64,000 nucleotides of DNA from Lama glama (lineage: Eukaryota): the NCBI GenBank assembly GCA_028534125.1, contig CM052849.1, positions 19,778,001-19,842,000 on the forward strand, in the 5' to 3' direction. Of this stretch, positions 35,271-47,061 are shown one piece after another (within the stretch, counting starts at the first letter, position 1; each line of letters starts with the position of its first letter). The notes under the pieces are model-generated. The model saw only the letters and a list, made by a program, of their open reading frames with translations, was not told where the DNA came from and did no database searches. The translations under genes and the position numbers were made by a program.

Positions 35271-36709
35271 CTGAAGACAAAACAACAACAAAGTCAGAAG
35301 GCTTGGCAGCCGTGGGAACCGAAGGGTCAAGTCAGCCCAGTCAACCCCACTTGGAAGCACAAGCTCTAAAGGCAACTAAACGTAGCTTTTAACTGAAAGG
35401 TTAGCTGAAGGGCCCGAGAGGGGAGCGCTCGGTCCAGGCGCTCGCCTCTGCGCGCGGCTGCTCTGCGATCGTGGGGGCGGGGCAGAGAAGCCCCGGGAGG
35501 CATCTTTTTTGCTGCTACTGCTGCTGAAGCCAGATATTTTGAACCAAAGTGAGAGTTGCTTAAATACACCTCCTTCCTGGTCTCAGGGCAGCCTGCCCAC
35601 CTCCAGTGACCACAAAAGTGGGGGAAACACGGCATTTCCGAACGCCCTGCTTGGACAAAGCTGTACATGAGGCTCCCGAAAGCTCAGGGACGGACATTCC
35701 CGTGTGTTGTCAGCTTTGACGCTCAGGGCAGCGTCTTGGCCCACATCCGGACACAATAGTCACCCAAGCGGCTCTGCTTCACAGATATGTGCACCTCTGA
35801 TCTGCACTAAAGGTTAGCATCGTAAAAGAGAATCAAACCAAAACCTCCAGCTCCCTGGCGCTGGGAGTCAGGAAATTTTCAGGGAGCCAGGGGATGAATC
35901 CGGGCTGGGAGTTCTGGTGCTCAGCGTGTTCCAGGCGGGGAACAAACAGGCTGTGGCCTGTGGGGCCGGCGCCCTCTTGTGGCCAGGTCGCAAACTGCAC
36001 CGGCTCAGGCCCAGGCCTGGCACCCAGGGGGGTCTCACCTGTGTTTTCAGGGAAAAGTCCAGCATGACAGGAAGGAGGACACAATAGGGAGATGAATGAA
36101 GCCTGGAGGGAGTCCCTGCTCTTGAACACACTACCACGCCTGGAAGACAAGGCACGGGATGTGTCTAGAGCTGATGATGGAAAATTCATTCTGAAAACTG
36201 GTCGCAGGAAAGAAACAGGAAAAAAAAAACAACAACAAACCTTTTGGAACAAAGGCAAAAATGAATCTCTTCAATAACTGTTCTCCGTTTTTTCTAGTTA
36301 TAAAGGCCCAAACCAACCACAACAAAAAACCAAAACCACAACAAGAGAAAAACCTTCAGTCCCACCATAAAGTCAAAAGTAAGGCCCTGTGGTTCGTTTT
36401 GGAAAGTACGTGTTGCCAAACTTCTGGATAATCGTAGTTCAGCTAACCCTTAATTAAAATTTAGATTCAGTTGTCCTTTAATTAAAGCAGCCATAATCAT
36501 CACTGATTTGGGAGTGGGGGAATCATTATTCTAAAGCAAAGAAAAGAAATCATCGCATGGTCAAAAGACATGGAAGCTGAATAAAGCAAAGATGCACGGA
36601 GCGCTGAAGCGAGCCGGCAGACCCCCAGGATGGACACCAACATAAACCAGCAGGGTGAGAAGATGGACTGGGCTGGCAGGCAGATGTGAGGGGAGGCCAC
36701 GTCACACAC

Positions 36710-37333
36710 CCGGGGGGGCGGCTGCGCGTGCTGGGCAGTGGCCCTGCTGTCGGGCACGTCTGAGCTCTTCCTCCAGGCATCCTGGGCATCTTCGGGACCC
36801 GCGGGCTCCTCCCAGCCGCACTTGCCGGGGCGGGGTCTCTCTGGGCTCGGGGGGGCGTCCTCGCTCCTGGGGACGCCGCCGGGCTCCTCTTGCTCCCCAA
36901 AGTCCTCTTCGATGCTGCTCTGCCGGGTCAGCGTCCGGCGCCGGGCCAGCAGGGGCCTCGGGCCTCTCCTGCTGGGACAGCGCCCGGGGCCCGGGCTGCA
37001 CGGGGCAGCCGTGCTTCGGAAGCTGAACCACAGCTCCTCCTCTTCACTGCCACAGTCCAGGCCGCTGTCTGGGCTCCGGGTGGCCGAGCGGCTGAACCGA
37101 CAGCCTCTGTCTTCCAGAAGGAAGTCGCCGGCGGCCCTGCGCTCTGCGGGGAACCTGGGCATGCTGGCCCTGGAGGAGTGCCCTACGCCCTGCTTGTGCG
37201 AGAGCTCGCAGCGCTCTGCGTCCTCCTCCGCCACTTCGGGGATACTGAAAAGTTTCTTACTGTGGTGGGTGTGCTGGGGGTACCCGGGGAGTTCCAAGAA
37301 AGCTGCCTCAGGGGTCCTATTCCTAGGGCACTC
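36710..37333 (-). CDS. RIMBP2: RIMBP2 long in-frame cassette exon (208 aa, ECPRNRTPEAAFLE...KKLFSIPEVAEED...RSPDSGLDCGSEEEE...RRRTLTRQSSIEEDF...QPPPR)
   Basis: ctgtcag| acceptor, CGG|gtgtgt donor (weak), 624 nt, phase 0-0 between phase-0 neighbours, open frame with protein-like motifs; not in the canonical ~1050-aa human sequence as I recall it. Confidence 0.75.
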
Positions 37334-39831
37334 CTGACAGGGGCGGTGTGTGAGGACGGGTGCCAGGAAACAGCGTATGATCAGACATGAAGCGGGCAGA
37401 GGAAGGAGAGAAAACACAGACAGAATTAGTCTCCGAGGCGATGAGGGGCGGAAAGCATGCTTGTACCCATGGGGGGCGATGGCACGCGCTGGCCAGGCTC
37501 TGAGATGAGAACAGAATGGGTGGGGCGGATGTGCCGGGGCAGGGGAGGGGCACACGCAGGGGCCAAGGCCACCTGCAGGGACAGCCATGCAGCTCAACCA
37601 AGGACAGAGCGGCAGCTGGGGCGCGAGGAGCTGGGCGCAGGAGGCTTCACGGTGACTCAGGCGCTGGGTTCTGCGAGGCGGCTGTGCCGGACGGGGGCGG
37701 GGGCACCTGAGCCCACTACCCTCTGGCTGCACCCTCAGAAACTCAGAAGGCAGCAGCTGTGGGGTGCTGGTGGCTGAAGACAATTCACAAAAGTGACCCA
37801 ACTGAACCGCCAGGACCCTCGCTGCTGGAGGTCATCCCAGCACTCGGCACCCCCTGACATCCAGTCTGGTCTGCTGACCTACCACCACTCTCCCTGGCTT
37901 GGGTGTGAGCGTGTGAAACTGGGGACCTGGGCGCTGAGCCCCCATCCTGGTCCTAGGAGGTCTGTGCTCCATCCACGTCTGTCCCTCTGGCACGCCTGGA
38001 CTCCAGGCCCTGAACGAGCAGCCGCGCCCCCGCCAGCATGGGCTGCAGGGCCCGGCCTGGGAACAGCCACCCAGAGGTGGCCTGACGAACGTCAGGGGTG
38101 GACACAACTGCCCGCCCATCCTTGCATGTGGTTCTCTCTGCAGGGACCTCCCTCGGCCCAGTCCTCTGCTCCCGTGGAACCAGGAGTCCCTCTTCGCGGA
38201 CTCCAGGAAGCCAAGCCCTGCCTTTCGTCCTGTCAGAGAGGCGCTGCACCGCGGGGGACAGCGCACAGGAGCTCTGGGGTCTGCAGCCCCCGCCGCCCCG
38301 CCAGCCCGCAGCCCTGCGCGCAGGACCTGGCAGTTTGCCTGGTGCAGCAGCACCTGCTGAGCGCCTGGGGCCCCGAGTGCCGGGCAAGGAGGCGGGCGGC
38401 ACATGCTTCTCTCATGGATGTCTGTTCTGGGGAGTGTCGGGGAACAGGCAGCGAGGGAGCAGGGCGGACCCCCAGACTGCGTCTCCCCGCAGCTCTGACC
38501 TCCCCGTGGCTGCTCTGGGGCCAGGGCGGTGCTCGTGCGGCTGGGTTGGCCTTTCTCCCTGCCCTCTTCTTTCCACACAATCCACAGAAGTACGACCCCA
38601 GGAGCGGCCCCCGCCCAGAGGATGGGAGGGAAGCTGACACGCTTCACCAGCCCCGCCATGAGCCCTGCGGGCAGCTGGGGAAGCAGGGGATTGAGTGGCC
38701 GGTCAGGCGGGACCACCGGCAGCTTGGGGCCTCCCTCCGGCAAGAAGGGTCCCTGTGAATCCTGCTGGACGGTGGCTCCGGGTGGCCAGGGCAGGGGGAG
38801 GAGCAGGAGCCGCAACCGTGCAGGTCTGCATAGCGACCTGGCATGCTCTCTGGGGGCGGAGCGTCTCCAAGGCCCTGCAGGGGCCTCTGCTGGGAAAACG
38901 GAAGTCAGTCTGCTCTGTGCAAGTGGGCACCGAACTGGTAGCCAGATTTGGGCGCTGCTTTCTGTCCACCATTCAAAACGCACGGCTCCGCGTCCTCCGA
39001 GAAGGCCTGGGGCCGGGCGCGGCAGCCCCAGCAGGGTTCCCCCCACCGAGGCCTTACTCAGTTGAGAACCCGTGGGCCGCACCAGCTCTCCTGCCCTTTG
39101 TCTGTCTACCCCCCAGGCTGGGAGCAGCTGCAGGGCAGGGGCCACGTCCATCCTCACCCCCAGCCGCGACCAGCTCGTGCCGGGCGAACAGACGTCCAGC
39201 AAGAAAGGCCAGCAGCAGCCGTGGCAGCACAACTCCCAGGGGACCAGGACGCACACCCAGGGCGGCTTCTTCAAGCTCAGTCTCTGCTAAGGTGACCCCC
39301 CCCCCAAATCAAACCCCCGCTGACGGCCACACCAGAGGCGGAAGCAGAGGGTGCAGGATCTGTCTCTGGTGGGAGGTGCCTGGAAAGGGGCTTGTGTGTG
39401 GACCCCCCTGTCCTCCAGGACGGCCGACCCTCCTCTGACCTCCTTCCGTGCCCCTCTCCCAGCCCCCGGCAGGGCCTGCCTCGGCTCACCCCACCACGGG
39501 GCCTCCGCACGGCCCCAGCTGGTCCCCCACGCGCCACAGTCTTTGTTCTATTCTTTTCAATTCAGTTCTTAGTACAAATTGGGGTGTCCCTGGGAAGTGC
39601 CAGCTGGATTCTCCCAGACTCCTTCAGCTAGGCTTGTGGCAAAGAGGAGGGACAGGAGGGCCGGGGAGAGCCCGAGTGCAGATTCAATAGTGAGAAAGCA
39701 GCCCACCCACGTCTGCGGGCTCTGCTTGCTGGGCAAGGCCCCTCTGGGGCTGGCCTGGCGCCCCAGCAAAAGGAGGGGATGGGATGCCGGCAGGGCCGGC
39801 GTGGAGGGACCCGGTGCCCCTGCGCACTGAC

Positions 39832-39990
39832 CTTGAGAGCGTTGTGGGCCGCGCCGCTGGGCCGCCGCCGGCCCCCGTCTTCCAGCTGCATCTCAGAGCA
39901 GAGCTCCTCCTCGTCCTCCTCCATGATGTCGGACAGGTCAGACCCCCGGCTGCTCTCCGTGTGGTAGTCATCTCCGTGGCCACAGTGCGG
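39832..39990 (-). CDS. RIMBP2: RIMBP2 exon PHCGHGDDYHTESSRGSDLSDIMEEDEEELCSEMQLEDGGRRRPSGAAHNALK
   Basis: ccccag| acceptor, AAG|gtcagt donor, 159 nt. Confidence 0.96.
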
Positions 39991-40849
39991 CTGGGGCAGG
40001 AGAATGGGACGCGGGTGGAGGGGCAGCCCCCGACAGGGCCTCCCTGGCTTTGCCAGCTCTGGGCTGGGACAGTGTCTGGATGTCTGCATGAGCCACGTGC
40101 CTTAAAGGTGAGGGAACCACGGTCTCCCAGCACGCGGCGAGCTGGGGTGGCAGAGAGAGGACCAGACCCGGCCTCCCAACTCCCAAGGCCAGACGGGAGT
40201 GGGCAGAGGCCCTTGGGCTCTGGGCAGGATGGCACCATGGAGCTTACGAGACACATGGGGAAGCACCACTTTTCTGGGTCCTATCAGCACCTCCAACTTA
40301 GTGGCTGGACAAAGGATCAAGCCAGAGGTTGCAACTCAGGTGGCAGCAGGCTTGGGACCTGTGGAGCACGTACACTGTGCCTAGGGTCGTGCAGGAGAGG
40401 GTGCTGGGGTGGCGAATGGGTGCGTGTGCACCACACAGGGACACTCAGGAGTCCTAGGACTGCCATGGAGTTGGAAACACACATGTGCACACGCCGGGGC
40501 ATCTGTGGAACAGCCTGGGGAAGACCGCATCACTGGGCGCACGCGGGGAAGTCCGGGTGCAGCCGAAAGGTTTGATTGCAGAGCAAGAGAGGGCAGCTTG
40601 CTCATGTGTAAGCCAAAGCCTCTGCAGCCGATGGGGATCTGAGAAGACGGGATGGCCCCCAGCCAGGGGTCCCGGCCCCCACCACATGGGCACCCATCAC
40701 TCAGCACGGCCCGTGTCACCCCACGCCGGCTGCACGCCCTACGTGCACAAAGATGCTGCTTCTGCTGTGTGTGGATTAAGAACAGCTGCTGGAAAAGACT
40801 TTTCTAACAGACGGAAGAGCCTGAGGAGAAACCCTCCTCTTCTCACCCC

Positions 40850-41104
40850 TCCCTCCCCCTTCCTTCTTGGGGAGCTGTCACAGGAGAATGTGACAGTTGG
40901 AGCTATGGCAGCTGCTTTGTAACCATGAGAAAAAGGCCAAAAGAACGGAAGATTCAGAACCTGGAGCCCAGACACAACTGAGCAGTGGAGCCAACCCTGT
41001 AAACTTCGAGACCTCCCACGATGCTGGGTAGCGAAACGTCTGTGGCACCTTCGTCACTGTTAGTTGGTTGTTCTGTTTCTCATGTGCAAGCTAATGCAAA
41101 TACA
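40850..41104 (+). mobile_element. MaLR (MLT1-type) LTR remnant
   Basis: tggagctatggcagctgctttgtaaccatgag...tcactgttagttggttgttctgtt...aaataca. Confidence 0.6.
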
Positions 41105-41859
41105 ATTACTTTAATCTTATCGAACCTGATGACTGGAGAAGCTGGGTATCTTGCCTACTAGCAGTAGCAGAGCCAGGAAGTGACCCCAAGTCTGTGAGGG
41201 TCCAAGGCCCTCTTCCTGGAGAGGCTGAGTCCCTGCCTGGCTGTCGAGGCAGGTGCTGAAGGGACTGAGGTGTCTTCCAGCTCTGACGTCTCAAGGTTTC
41301 AGGACTCTCCAGGCCCCAACCTTCCTGCTGTCCAGTGATAGGTCCTGAAACCACTCAAGGACATTTCTACCAGCAGGTGCGTGAGCGGAACGCTGGAGAC
41401 AAAACCCACCCTGGGTGCATCTGTCACTCGCGGGCCTAGTCTGGAAGGGGAAGTGTCCCTCTGAGGGCAGGATGCTGACCGTTTGATTTCTGAACCCCTC
41501 ATGACGTCTTGCATGCAGCAGATGCCGCACAAACTTCCGCCAGATTAACATGAGTAAAGACATTACAGGTTTTGCCTAAACTGAGACCAGGCAGTTACCT
41601 GCAGACTTACTGAGCCACAAAGTCACCCCGACACCCCCTGGACACTCGCGCAGGGCCGTCGGTGGGGGAAAGCCTCATCGTGAGACTTCTGAAACTGTTC
41701 CCAAATGAGGTCACAAACGCACAGGCCTTGTGAAATCTAAACTCCCCAAGCCACCCACGACCGCTGTAAGCCGGGCCTGCACCTCCCCCTCGGGCTCGTG
41801 GGCCTGAGGCGGCCGAGCCCCGGCATGCACCGCCCCGCGGGGGCTCGCAGCCCTCTCAC

Positions 41860-42003
41860 CGGCTTGCCGAGCTCGGAGCCCTGCAGGAAGTCGTCCACCG
41901 AGGCACCCCTCCTCCGGACGTCGGGGGACTCGTAGCCATCCTCCTCGTCGGAGTTCGCGTACTGCCCGCTGCTCCGCTCCAGGAAGACACTCCTTTTCTC
42001 TAA
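41860..42003 (-). CDS. RIMBP2: RIMBP2 exon LEKRSVFLERSSGQYANSDEEDGYESPDVRRRGASVDDFLQGSELGKP
   Basis: ttccaag| acceptor, CCG|gtgaga donor, 144 nt. Confidence 0.95.
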
Positions 42004-42034
42004 CTTGGAAGAGAAAGGAAAGAGACGGGTGAGG

Positions 42035-42065
42035 GGAGGTGTCGGGAGGTGTCGGGAGGTGCGGG
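42035..42065. repeat. Tandem repeat (GGGAGGTGTC)x3 just upstream of a RIMBP2 acceptor
   Basis: 10-bp unit visible directly, third copy imperfect. Confidence 0.8.
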
Positions 42066-43189
42066 GGAGGGGGGCCGGGGTTCCAGGCTCCTTGTCTTCC
42101 AGGCGGCGTCCTTCCCTCCCCCAGCCCCTGGCCGCCTCGGAGCCCCAGGGTCACAGGACTCGGGCTGAGTGAGCCAGTGCACCGGCTGCCGGTGAGCCGG
42201 CCTCCCGCCCTCCCCAGAACTAGCCCTGGCCTTCGCGGGAGCTGACGCGCAGGTGCCAAGGAAAAGCTCCTCTTCCTCTGTTGTCACCTTGGCCTCACTC
42301 TTGATATGATCAGTGACCCTTTCCTGAAAACGGAAGCTCAGATGTTTGCTCTCCCTGCACACCTTCTGGAAGAGGAGCCAGGCTGGAGGGCCAGCAGCCC
42401 CGGGCCTTCCTGGGCCCAGTGTCTGACTTCATCCCACTCTCAGGGGTGCTGCCTGGGGGCCTCAGGGTGGCAGGATGTGTGGCTGCCACCTGAAAGGGGA
42501 GGGGGCAGCGCTCACCCGCCGGCCCCTTCCTGCCCACAGGCTTCGCCAGAAGCACTGAGCCTGAACTCCTGCTTTGTGGGCCACGAGAGCACAGGGGCCG
42601 CGGGCCCATGGCAGGCATGCATACTGTGAAGCTGAGGGCACGCAGTGCTGTCTAACTGCTGACAGACTGGGAGCGTTTGCATCAAAGCCTGGATGTCCAG
42701 TTTCCAGCATGTACTGGAGTGCTGCCGCAGGCTCATCCCTTCCAGTTGTCCTGGCCGTGGCCTGCGTGCCCCAGGTCCCGGCCTGGCCCAGCCCCAGGGA
42801 TGCCCAGGAAGTGGGGGTCTCCCAGCACCGGCCTGGGTATCTCTCCACCTGCATCTCAGAGGAGGCACTAGCAGGGTCACTGCCCCAGGGAGACGACTCA
42901 GGATGGCCGGGCTGAGAAGACCACTGGCCGCCACTGTCCCCCCGCTAGGGCCCTGACCTCAGGCTTGCAGCACACAGGCTGGGGGTACCCTGGTAGATGG
43001 ACGCGCCCGAGGAAGAGGTGGGGGAGGGGCACAGGGCCTCGCCCAGCTCCAGAGCCTGCTCTCCTAGGCTTCCTTCGTAGATGCTTCTTAAGTTTCACGT
43101 GTCACTGCCCCTGCCGCCTGGAATACGGCCCCACCACCGTCCAGACAGCCCTCCCCCCACGGCCCAGACAGCTCCAGGGACAGGCACGC

Positions 43190-43310
43190 CGACACATTCA
43201 CGTGCATCCACTTCTGTGTGTGACCGTGTCTGCATACACACGTGTGTGAACGTCTGTGCGCATGTGTGTACATACACACGTGTGTAAATACGTCCATCCC
43301 TATGTGTATG
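43190..43310. repeat. Degenerate (CA/TG) alternating purine-pyrimidine tract
   Basis: Includes two ACACACGTGTGT palindromes. Confidence 0.7.
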
Positions 43311-43712
43311 CCTCAAATGGGCAGAGCCAGGAGGGGAGCCTCATTTAGGAGGACAGGTCCTAGGAGGCACCTCATGGATCCCTGGACACAGACCAACGCC
43401 CAGTGAGTGGGATGCTCGCAGCCCGTCTGCTAAACTAGGCTGGGAGACAACCACTTCCTCTGGTTATCCAGGTCCACGTTTACGACACAAAAACACAGTG
43501 TGGCTCCCTCAGGATCAGGCCTAAACCGCAGTCCTCGGGGGGAACTGGAGGATAAACAGTTGTTCTTCCCCCCAGGTCAGGGCAGCCACCCTGGGTGCTT
43601 CTCTTCGCAGACGCGGGTGCTGGTGGGGTGTCCCATCCCGGGGGGCTGGAGGGACGGAGCGCAATCCACACAGCCCGTGCAGCGGAACCAGCGAGGGAAC
43701 GGCCAGCCTTAC

Positions 43713-44174
43713 CCTGCTGCTCTCCGCCACCCTCTGCGCGGCTTCCCGGGCCATGGCCTTGGCGACGGAGCTGGAGACCGGGGCGCCCTGCGGCTGCGGG
43801 AGGACGCGGCTGGGCGAGGGAGACCTCCTCCCGGGGCCCACGCCCTGCAGGCCGGGCGGCTCCAGCATGTGCCCGTGGGCGGGGGTGGGCACCCGGCTGA
43901 GCCCCCAGGCCTCGTCCAGCTTGGCGTGGGGACCCAGGTGCTCTTCTTTGGTGTCGGGGGCTCCGGCACTTGCTAACGGCTTCGGTGTGGGAGCAGTTCT
44001 CGGGTAGGGGGTTGGAGGCACCAGGAGGTCGGGGGGAATGGCAGCGGTGGCAGAGTCTACGGACTCGCCCTGCGCAGAGAGGGTCCGCACGGTCACGCCC
44101 TTGGCTTCCAGGCTTCGCAGCCGCACGAGCTCGACGGCTGTACTGTCCGCCGTCGGGGAGATGATCTCAGCCAC
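43713..44174 (-). CDS. RIMBP2: RIMBP2 exon VAEIISPTADSTAVELVRLRSLEAKGVTVRTLS...AMAREAAQRVAESSR (end of FN3-3, Pro-rich linker)
   Basis: gcgcag| acceptor, AGG|gtaagg donor, 462 nt. Confidence 0.97.
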
Positions 44175-45123
44175 CTGCGCACAGAGAGCCGCTCACGGGC
44201 TGCCCGGGCCCCGGGCACTGCAGACCCCTCGCCAGCGGCCAGGGATCTGGCCACCCCCCCCCAACATCTGACTCCAGCCAGGCTGCACAGTCTGCAGCCC
44301 CCGCTCCTGCCCAGCTGCTGGAGGGTCGCCGGGACGGCTAAGCACACCCTCTGCTTCCACACCCGGAAGCAACGCGGAAACGAATGCGGGGCCACAGAGG
44401 GAGCAGGACACCGGGCTTGTTACTGCCGAAGCGCTGCACAGAGGAGCGCTAGGCAGAGCCCGTGTCGGCTTCCTGCTGCTGCGGGGAGACAAGACCGCAC
44501 GGGGCCTCTGCTGCAGGGGAAGCCCCGCCCAGTGGGCCTCCTGCGTGCACGGAGCGGGGGGCATCCGCAGGGGCCCCTCTCCCAGAGGGAACCCAGACAC
44601 GTGCGTCTGACCCGTCACCTCCTAGTCTGGGGGACAGTGGGGAACAGACAGAAGCCTGCTCGAGCCCCTCAAGGGCAGCGTGTCTCTCGTCTGCCAGGAG
44701 GGGTGGCGCTGAGCTGATGGGTTTCCCCAACACGGCGGGAAAGGCCCTGCAGTGTTTCCGAGGCGCCTGGACCTGCGGCCGTCCGGCCAAGAACCAATGT
44801 GGTGGAGTCCTCAAGCCTGCAGAGGGGGGCTCGAGATCGTGGGACTCAAGAGAGGTGAAATGCTTGGTCCCTGGGGGAGGAGAACAGGAACGGTCCAGAG
44901 CAGGGCAGGCAGGCAGCGCGGGAGGCAGAGAGCATTCTGGAAAGGAGGGCGGGGCAGGAAAGGACGGGGGCTCTCAGCATTCCACACCGGGCCCTGGGGT
45001 GCCAGTGCAGCTGGTGCTTAGTGAACGCTGGCGGGCTGAGGAGAGGGGACACCAGCCTTCAGCGAGCGGCAGGCGGGCGGGCGGCCGGCCCTGCGTGCAG
45101 GCGCAGCCCCAGCAGAAACTCAC

Positions 45124-45275
45124 CCTCTGCCCTTTCGCGTACACGCCATAGCCGGTGACGTTGGCCCCGTTGGACAGTCCGGTAGCCGTTAGGGCGGGCG
45201 GTTTCCAGGACACCTGGACGGTGGCTGGGGTGGCCCCGGCTTGGACGGTGATGTCTTGTGGGGGGGCTGGAGGAC
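45124..45275 (-). CDS. RIMBP2: RIMBP2 exon (G)PPAPPQDITVQAGATPATVQVSWKPPALTATGLSNGANVTGYGVYAKGQR (FN3-3)
   Basis: ccgcag| acceptor, AGG|gtgagt donor, 152 nt. Confidence 0.96.
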
Positions 45276-46405
45276 CTGCGGGGCAGAGGCAGAGAGATGT
45301 TCACAACACGGCCCTTTGGCAGCCGAGCCGCTAAGGCTGGTGGCACCTGGAAGATGGTGGCATCTTTCAGCGAAGCCTCTGGGGAAGGAGGGAGAAGAGG
45401 AGAGGTGGAATAGAGTGGGGGGCGGGGCGGAGCAGCAGCTCCCAGGGGCCCCACGGTGCCCCTTGAACTCCTGCTCACTGACCTCCGTCTCCACGGCAGC
45501 CTGTGACCCCAGCCTGGCCAGTCAGCCATGAGACGCCCCCTCCACCGTCACCTCTCCCCTCCTCTTCTGCACCACCACCCGCTGCCCCCTAACCCCGGCC
45601 CTCCCTCTCTCCAGCAAACTTGGGAGCATGTAGGCTGGACCACACATCACCCATCTTGCCACCTCGCTGGCGAGGACAAAGCGGAAAGCTGGAGAGAGAC
45701 AGGTTCTGACGAGGCCCGAAACTGGACCTGGCTCTGCACACCCAGCAGCCCCAGCTGACCCGCTTCTTCTGTGCCCAAACCACCTTGAACCGTGCTCACT
45801 GGGTCTCCCGAGACCGTCCTAGGCGGTCACTCCCAGCAACAAGGAGGCAAGGGTCACGTCGCCGGTCACCCCATCAGCTCCTGGTCTCACTCAGCAGGAG
45901 GGCCCGTCTGCACCCCAATCCATGGGCGCCTCCCTTTCCTCTGGTGCAAAACTCCCGGCACCCTTGTGTCTGAAGTATGGAAACTTATATTTGGAAAGGA
46001 ACGTAGAGGTATCAGGGGGAAGGCCATGAGCTTCACGTCCTCCAAGGCCTCGCTCAGGCAGGTCCTGGGGGCGGCTTGGTGGGGAGGGACGGCTGCAGGC
46101 TGAGGATGTCTTACGCGCCACTCCTAGTTTCGGATGCTTTACATCCCTCGATCCAAACAGCCCTGCAAGTTCCTCCTCAGCTTGCAAAGGAGGAAGTTAA
46201 GGTCGCAGGGAAGCCGCTCGCTATCAAGTGCTGGCGGCAGGACTCACACCAGCGCTCGCCTGCGGCTCATCTGCAAAGGAAGGTGCAACTCCACCCTCAG
46301 CACGTGGCGGGCGATACTGGGCTTCGGAGCTCCTGCCCAGCCTGGTTCAGAAGTTACACTCCACCTGGACAGTCCACTCAAACAGGACAGACAGCCTTGT
46401 TACGC

Positions 46406-46725
46406 TTTTTTTTTAATTGAAGTATAGCTTCTGCACAGCAAAGGAAACCATAAGCAAAACGAAATGACAACCTACAGGATGGGAGAAAATATCTGCCATT
46501 GATTCAACTGACAAGGTTTAATTTCCAGAATATATAAACAGCTCATACAACTTAACAACAATAAAAACAAACCCAATCCAAAAATGGACAGGAGACCTAA
46601 ACGAGCAATTCTCCAACGGCAACATACAAATGGCCAGTGGGCCCATGACAAAACGCTCAGAGTCACTAGGTATCAGAGAGACGCAAGTCTAACCACAGGG
46701 AGGTACCGCCTCGCAGCAGTCAGGA
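46406..46725. mobile_element. L1 fragment with inversion: minus-strand 3' tip plus poly(A) joined to a plus-strand ORF2 piece
   Basis: T9-aattgaagtatag then cttctgcacagcaaaggaaacc...caacctacaggatgggagaaaatat. Confidence 0.75.
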
Positions 46726-47061
46726 AGGCTTGCTCCCCTTAAGGGCGAAAAGTCAAGAATGAAACTGGTCTGGACCGGGCTGGGCTCCAGTTCCTGCGAT
46801 GAGAGCGGCCACAGGAAAGGCCGGGTTCGCTGGTGGAGGAGGCTGTGTCCTGCACTCCAGCCCACCCCTCCTCCCAGCCCAGAGCGGGGCCGGTGGTGAG
46901 GGGAGCCGTGCTGACGCCCACCATGTGGGGCGTTTCGTCCCGCCACACACCTGGTGCCGGGGCTCACGCTGAGCGAGGTTCAAGGTGGCCCTGCCCCCAC
47001 CTCTCACTCCTGTCATGGCCACGGTCAAAACTCTCCTCCCGGACGGGCAGCGGAAGTCACC

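Noticed and set aside
38644-38889. Good acceptor ttttcccag| at 38890 as an extra RIMBP2 exon
   Set aside because: In the required phase 0 it reaches TGA at 38646-38644, the peptide is not RIMBP-like, and no nearby poly(A) signal was seen
37832-39274. 480-aa minus-strand ORF inside a RIMBP2 intron
   Set aside because: P/G/A/R-rich with no recognisable domain, and overlapped by many other long frames; expected in stop-poor GC-rich DNA
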